DNA of 32,000 bases. It comes from Candidatus Helarchaeota ASGARD archaeon Hel_GB_B (lineage in GTDB: Archaea > Asgardarchaeota > Lokiarchaeia > Helarchaeales > HEL-GB-B). Location of the stretch: positions 1-32,000 of the forward strand of contig SUPR01000004.1 of assembly GCA_005191425.1 (NCBI GenBank), written 5' to 3'. The notes under the pieces are model-generated. The model was not told the DNA's origin. It saw only the letters and a program-made list of their open reading frames with translations, and did not search any database. A program made the position numbers and the translations under genes. Below, in pieces: positions 27,314-32,000 of this stretch. Each line of letters begins with the position of its first letter. The first letter of the stretch is position 1.

Positions 27314-27715
27314 ATGGTGTTATTATTTATGATGAAACTACCTCCACAACTAAAAAACCAATATGAGCAATTAATTCAAACAGAACAAAGAATCAGGACA
27401 TTTAATAGTCAAAAAAGTCAGTGGGAAATTCAAAAAGCAACAATAGAAAATGCCATTTCAGAACTTGAAACCACTAAAGAAAAAAACCCTAATACTGAAG
27501 TTTATAAGAATGCCGGTGCTATTTTAATCAAAGTTAATGATATCGATAAAGCAATCCAAGATTTGAAAGAAAAAGAAGAATTATTAAATATGAGGTTAAA
27601 AACTGTTAACAAACAAATTGAACGTATTAACCAGCAATATGAAGCCATGAAGGATAAATTTCAGAAGTCAATTCAACAATTTACTCAACCGCAAGATTTC
27701 CAAAATCCAATGTAA
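27314..27715 (+). CDS. pfdB: Prefoldin beta subunit
   Basis: LPPQLKNQYEQLIQTEQRIRTFNSQKSQWEIQKATIENAISELETTKEKNPNTEVYKNAGAILIKVNDIDKAIQDLKEKEELLNMRLKTVNKQIERI. Confidence 0.94.
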   Translation: MVLLFMMKLPPQLKNQYEQLIQTEQRIRTFNSQKSQWEIQKATIENAISELETTKEKNPNTEVYKNAGAILIKVNDIDKAIQDLKEKEELLNMRLKTVNKQIERINQQYEAMKDKFQKSIQQFTQPQDFQNPM

Positions 27716-27722
27716 AAATTTT

Positions 27723-28031
27723 ATGCTTAAAATGAATAAAGAGTCTATTAATATTGGGGTTCCTGATTTAAATGAGGAAGAACTGTTAGAAATTATTAAA
27801 TATACTGAAGATACAATCCGCAATTATATTTTTTCAAAAATAAATCCAAAATTTGTTGATGATTTTAATTTAGAAATTGTTTTAGAGAAATTAGAAGAGT
27901 TAACTGTAAATATTAATATCGAACTTAATTTTTCAAATATAGAAATTCCTAATGCAAATGAAATTGTCAATGAATCGCTAGAAATTGGTGTGAAAGCATT
28001 AAAAGAAAAAGTAAGTTCCTTAAAAAATTAG
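27723..28031 (+). CDS. DUF3194-like archaeal conserved protein
   Basis: PDLNEEELLEIIKYTEDTIRNYIFSKINPKFVDDFNLEIVLEKLEELTVNINIELNFS, located directly after pfdB as in other archaea. Family name is from memory. Confidence 0.7.
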   Translation: MLKMNKESINIGVPDLNEEELLEIIKYTEDTIRNYIFSKINPKFVDDFNLEIVLEKLEELTVNINIELNFSNIEIPNANEIVNESLEIGVKALKEKVSSLKN

Positions 28032-28282
28032 CCGCCCATTAAAGTGAAATTTATTATCATAATTACTATAATTAAAACTACGGACCCAATCATTATATAG
28101 GTAAAAGTTTTATCTTTTTTCTTTTGCTTTTTTTCCCATTTGCGATATTTAGTTTCACATTCAGAACTACAAAAATCATTATCTGGGTCAGGTTCCATTG
28201 CCAGCCCACAGACTGTACAATGTTTATGTGGTTCCCATTTTCTAACCCATCTTTTAGTTTTTTGTTCCGAAATTATTAACAC
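28028..28282 (-). CDS. Small zinc-ribbon protein (DUF2116-like) with C-terminal transmembrane helix
   Basis: HKHCTVCGLAMEPDPDNDFCSSECETKYRKWEKKQKKKDKTFTYIMIGSVVLIIVIMIINFTLMGG. Confidence 0.8.
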   Translation of the reverse strand: MLIISEQKTKRWVRKWEPHKHCTVCGLAMEPDPDNDFCSSECETKYRKWEKKQKKKDKTFTYIMIGSVVLIIVIMIINFTLMGG

Positions 28283-28364
28283 CTATTTTAAACAAATTAA
28301 AAGTTGTAATTTTATTGGTCTATATATTGTTTATTTGTTAATTAAAACTTGAATTCTTATATTT

Positions 28365-31169
28365 TTAAATTTTTTGAAGTAAATTACTAATATAATCTAT
28401 TGAATATTTTTCTATTTCATTAAGATGTGCTATATTAATACCTCCTCCTTGTCCCAGATTATCTTTTCCACCGCCACCGCCACCAAATTTATTGAGTATA
28501 TTTCTAATCGCTTTTCCGCAATTAAAACCTTTTGATGTCAATTTTTTGCTTGTCATAAGAATAATATTTAATTTTTGACTTTTTGCTATAAATTCTAATA
28601 TAAAATTCTGATCAAAATTAATTATTTCATTTCCAATGACAATCATATCATTTATTTCTTTATTATCAAATATTTTAATGACAAATTTTGATTCGTTAAT
28701 TTTTATTGCATTTTGGTTCAATTCGTCCAACATTTTTAAGGCGATATCTTTTAGTAGTGCCCTTTTTTCTTTTTGTAATGATTTCCATTCTTCAAAAAAT
28801 CTTTTAGTTGTTTTCAAAAGTTCATCTTCTCTCACGCTTAACAGATTAGATGTGTCTTTTAATATTTTTTCTTGTTTATGAATAAATCGAATTGCAGGAA
28901 TACCTGCAACGTATTCTAATCTGACAATACCGTCCTGAATTCTTCTTGCATTCTTGATCTTTATAAGTCCGACTTCTCCGGTATAATTTAAATGTAGTCC
29001 CGCGCATGCTTCATCATCCCAATCTGCAATAGATACTATTCTAATATCTTTTCCCGGAACAACGCCCCCTTGATATAACCTAAATCCATACTTTTTTTCC
29101 GCTTCTACTCGTTCGTGGACTTTTTTTGTAAGTGCCCGATTTTCCATAACAATTTTATTAGCCCAATCTTCTATTTCCCATATTTCTTCCATAGTTAAAT
29201 TTTTAAAATGAGTAATATCTAATCTTGCATGTTCAGGAGTTTTCTCAGTACCAGCTTGCCACACATGTTTACCTAATACTTTACGAGCAGCTGCATTTAT
29301 TATATGAGTTGCTGTATGATGTCTGACTAATGCAAATCTTCTATCTTTATCTATTTTACATTCAACTTTTTCTCCTGCCACTAATTTGGTATTTGGTTTT
29401 TTAAGTATATGTACAACGACATTTCCAATTTTTTCTACATTAACTACTTTAGACTCATTTATTTTACCAGTATCATTTAGTTGTCCTCCCCCTGTTGGAT
29501 AAAAATATGTTTTGTCCAAAATTATATATTTTCCTTCAATATTTTTGATAATATTCGATTGAAATGTTAAAATTGTGTGGTCATCATAATATGCTAATTG
29601 GGTATCTGGAATTCCTTTAATTTTCTCCTTTAATACTTCTTTAATACCCATAGATTTTTCTATTTCTTGCTGCTTATTGCGTTTTTCATCAATAAGAAGA
29701 TAAATATTTCCAGGGATTTCAATTTCACAATTTTCGTCTTTTGCAATTTCTTCAATCAATTCTGGTGGAATTCCTCTTGATTGGTACAATTCAATAATCT
29801 TATCTACATCTAACTTCTCATTTTTTCTTATTAATGACCTAATAAATTTTTTTCCTGTCTTTAAGGTATTTTTATATCTCTCTTTTTCAATCTCATAAAT
29901 TGGCTTTAAAATTTCTTCTGCATCTTCTACTCTTTTATATGTTTTTTTAAGATATTTCAAATGGTCATACATAATTTCAAGTAAATCAATATTATCAAGC
30001 GAATAATAATCTTTTAAACTAAAACATCTTCTTAAAATAACTCTTAAATTATACCCACCGCCAACATTTGAAGGAATAGCTCCATCAGCGATTGTAAAAA
30101 CAAGTGTTCTTAAATGGTCACAAATCGCGTAATGCGCTTCTAATGGGCCCAATAATTTTTCCATTTCATAATAATCAATTCCAATTTCTTTTGCGATCTT
30201 TTTTCTAACTAAATTAACATCATTTACTTCATCTACATTTAATAATCCGGATAATATGGTATATTTATTGATGATTCGTTCATCAATTGAAATACCCGTT
30301 GACCTTTTCATTTTTTCAAGGACTGGACCGAATGTAGCTTCATAAATCGTTGGAGTCCCTAATGTAAACCAACCTACTCTTTCAATTCCCCAGCCTACAT
30401 CAACAACTGTCATGTCCATTTGTTTAAAACTATTATCTGGTAAAATTTCATATTGCATAAACACACTATTAACAATCTCAAGCCCTTTACTAAAAGATTC
30501 AAGGCACGGTCCGAAATTTCCTCCCCCAATCCAAATATCCTCTCTAAGTGTAACTTCATTTTCTGGTACCTTCATTTCTTTTGTAATAAATTTAAAGTCT
30601 AAATCTATACACCTGTCCATCCAATAGCCATTTGATCCTATATTTCTTAATTTTTCCGAATTAAAACTATGTTGACCTCCCATTATAAAGCTACTGAGAT
30701 GTCTTCCAGTCTTCCCTACATTATCAATGTCATTAAATCCTTTCCCTCCAAATCTAATACATGGTTGCGGTACGATTAACGGATTTGCAGGTGGTACCGC
30801 GCCTTGTAAAACTGATTTTTGAAATAATGTAATACTTGCAATAGTATAATATAAATCGTCTCTCCAACGCGCAACGACTGGAAATTCATCTATTCGCGTA
30901 TGTCCATGTTCCTCAAAAAAATTACACCAATTTTTTATTGTTTCATGAAAATCCCACCCATTTTTTTTCTTCCCCAAAAACTTATATCCTCCTATACACA
31001 ATGTATCACCGCAATTTTTACTATCTGGATCCAATGTCCAATAATAATCTCCACATATTGGACATCTTAACCTAACAAATCCCTTCTCTCTAAATAATTC
31101 TACTTCATATTTATTTTTCCCGAATTTCTTCCGTAAATCTTTTTTATTTAAACTCATCTGAATAACCAA
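28365..31169 (-). CDS. alaS: Alanyl-tRNA synthetase (archaeal type)
   Basis: FREKGFVRLRCPICGDYYWT...AVPPANPLIVPQPCIRFGGKGFNDIDNVGKTGRHLSSFIMGGQHSF...RHHTATHIINAAARKVLGKHVWQAG...GGGGGGKDNLGQGGG. Probable start 31157 (MSLNKK). Confidence 0.97.
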   Translation of the reverse strand: MVIQMSLNKKDLRKKFGKNKYEVELFREKGFVRLRCPICGDYYWTLDPDSKNCGDTLCIGGYKFLGKKKNGWDFHETIKNWCNFFEEHGHTRIDEFPVVARWRDDLYYTIASITLFQKSVLQGAVPPANPLIVPQPCIRFGGKGFNDIDNVGKTGRHLSSFIMGGQHSFNSEKLRNIGSNGYWMDRCIDLDFKFITKEMKVPENEVTLREDIWIGGGNFGPCLESFSKGLEIVNSVFMQYEILPDNSFKQMDMTVVDVGWGIERVGWFTLGTPTIYEATFGPVLEKMKRSTGISIDERIINKYTILSGLLNVDEVNDVNLVRKKIAKEIGIDYYEMEKLLGPLEAHYAICDHLRTLVFTIADGAIPSNVGGGYNLRVILRRCFSLKDYYSLDNIDLLEIMYDHLKYLKKTYKRVEDAEEILKPIYEIEKERYKNTLKTGKKFIRSLIRKNEKLDVDKIIELYQSRGIPPELIEEIAKDENCEIEIPGNIYLLIDEKRNKQQEIEKSMGIKEVLKEKIKGIPDTQLAYYDDHTILTFQSNIIKNIEGKYIILDKTYFYPTGGGQLNDTGKINESKVVNVEKIGNVVVHILKKPNTKLVAGEKVECKIDKDRRFALVRHHTATHIINAAARKVLGKHVWQAGTEKTPEHARLDITHFKNLTMEEIWEIEDWANKIVMENRALTKKVHERVEAEKKYGFRLYQGGVVPGKDIRIVSIADWDDEACAGLHLNYTGEVGLIKIKNARRIQDGIVRLEYVAGIPAIRFIHKQEKILKDTSNLLSVREDELLKTTKRFFEEWKSLQKEKRALLKDIALKMLDELNQNAIKINESKFVIKIFDNKEINDMIVIGNEIINFDQNFILEFIAKSQKLNIILMTSKKLTSKGFNCGKAIRNILNKFGGGGGGKDNLGQGGGINIAHLNEIEKYSIDYISNLLQKI

Positions 31170-31832
31170 TCATTCTAATAAAATTATCCAAATAAATCCT
31201 AATTTTTATACTTTAAATTTTTGTTTACTCTCTTTTTTCAATAATTCCTTTTTTTATAAGAATAATTCAAAAATATAGGTCATATATAAAATAATATATC
31301 CGTTAAAAAAGAACTATAATTAATTTGAATATTTTATGTTTCATTAAATTATAAAAATAAACAACTAATAACCTATAAAATTAAAATAAATATTGAAAAA
31401 ATAGTTTTAAAACTTTGAAAGAAAAATTAAAGTTTTCTTAAAAAAGAAATTTAAAAAATAAGATTAAACTCAAAAAAGAGTTGTTTTTCTAATAGATTTA
31501 TTGATTCAAGATTAGTACCAATTATTAAAGTGAAACTATTTTTCTTATAAATAATAGAAATATCTTTATTATCTATAGAATAAGCAAGATTTAAAGAGTT
31601 TATGGTTAGATGATATTATATGATATTGAGTATTTAATTATTATATTTATTTCAATTAATTTAATTATTTTTGAAGCTTAACATCTTTTAACTTTTTCTC
31701 GAATTAATTATTAAAGTTTAAAAACTTTTAATACCACAAGATTTAAACTAGCAAACCTCTTAATTTCTCACGAACTTAATTTCTCTCGAAATACTAGAAA
31801 TTTTATATCAATTACTTTATCTATAATGGTGT

Positions 31833-32000
31833 ATGAATATGGATTCAGAAGAAACAAACACTATTATTTATGATCCAGAGAAAATCGAAAAAAAGTGGCA
31901 AAAGAGATGGGCCGATAATAAAATATTTGAAGTTAAAATAGATTCAAAGAAAAAGAAGTTCTATTGTCTAGAGATGTACCCCTATCCATCATCTACTTTA
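31833..32000 (+). CDS. leuS: Leucyl-tRNA synthetase, N-terminal fragment cut by the window edge
   Basis: Manual translation: [56 protein letters not shown]. The [15 protein letters not shown] stretch resembles the LeuRS N-terminal catalytic motif (F-YPYPSG-HxGH). Confidence 0.85.
   Translation, partial: MNMDSEETNTIIYDPEKIEKKWQKRWADNKIFEVKIDSKKKKFYCLEMYPYPSSTL

Overview
The window is archaeal, very AT-rich, and most like an Asgard/Lokiarchaeia-type genome (my inference from gene content; no database search was possible). From left to right it contains:
- the edge of a minus-strand transposase
- a pyruvate:ferredoxin oxidoreductase operon (porGD fusion, porA, porB)
- pyrI, a membrane protein and a YchF-type GTPase
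- a split NiFe-hydrogenase large subunit (vhuA-like)
- a 48-codon vhuU-like selenoprotein gene missed by the ORF track, with a SECIS-like structure behind it
- an Asgard-looking WDD-domain/TPR-like protein
- an F420 cluster (cofC, cofD, nitroreductase)
- a candidate C/D box guide RNA
- a DNA methyltransferase, RNase P rnp3 and rnp2, eL15, and a methyltransferase with a second WDD-domain coiled-coil protein
- the conserved archaeal proteasome/exosome superoperon (psmA, SBDS, rrp4, rrp41, rrp42, eL43, Brix, Pcc1, prefoldin beta, DUF3194-like)
- alaS and the start of leuS

The strongest unusual observations are three. First, PorB appears circularly permuted: its C-terminal half precedes its N-terminal half, and the permutation splits the thiamine-diphosphate GDG...N motif between the two ends of the protein. 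Second, a tiny UGA-containing hydrogenase subunit gene encodes the second nickel-ligand motif that the adjacent large subunit lacks. Third, an intergenic C/D box RNA has a D' guide that fits the 23S rRNA P-loop. No CRISPR array, tRNA or rRNA gene was recognised.
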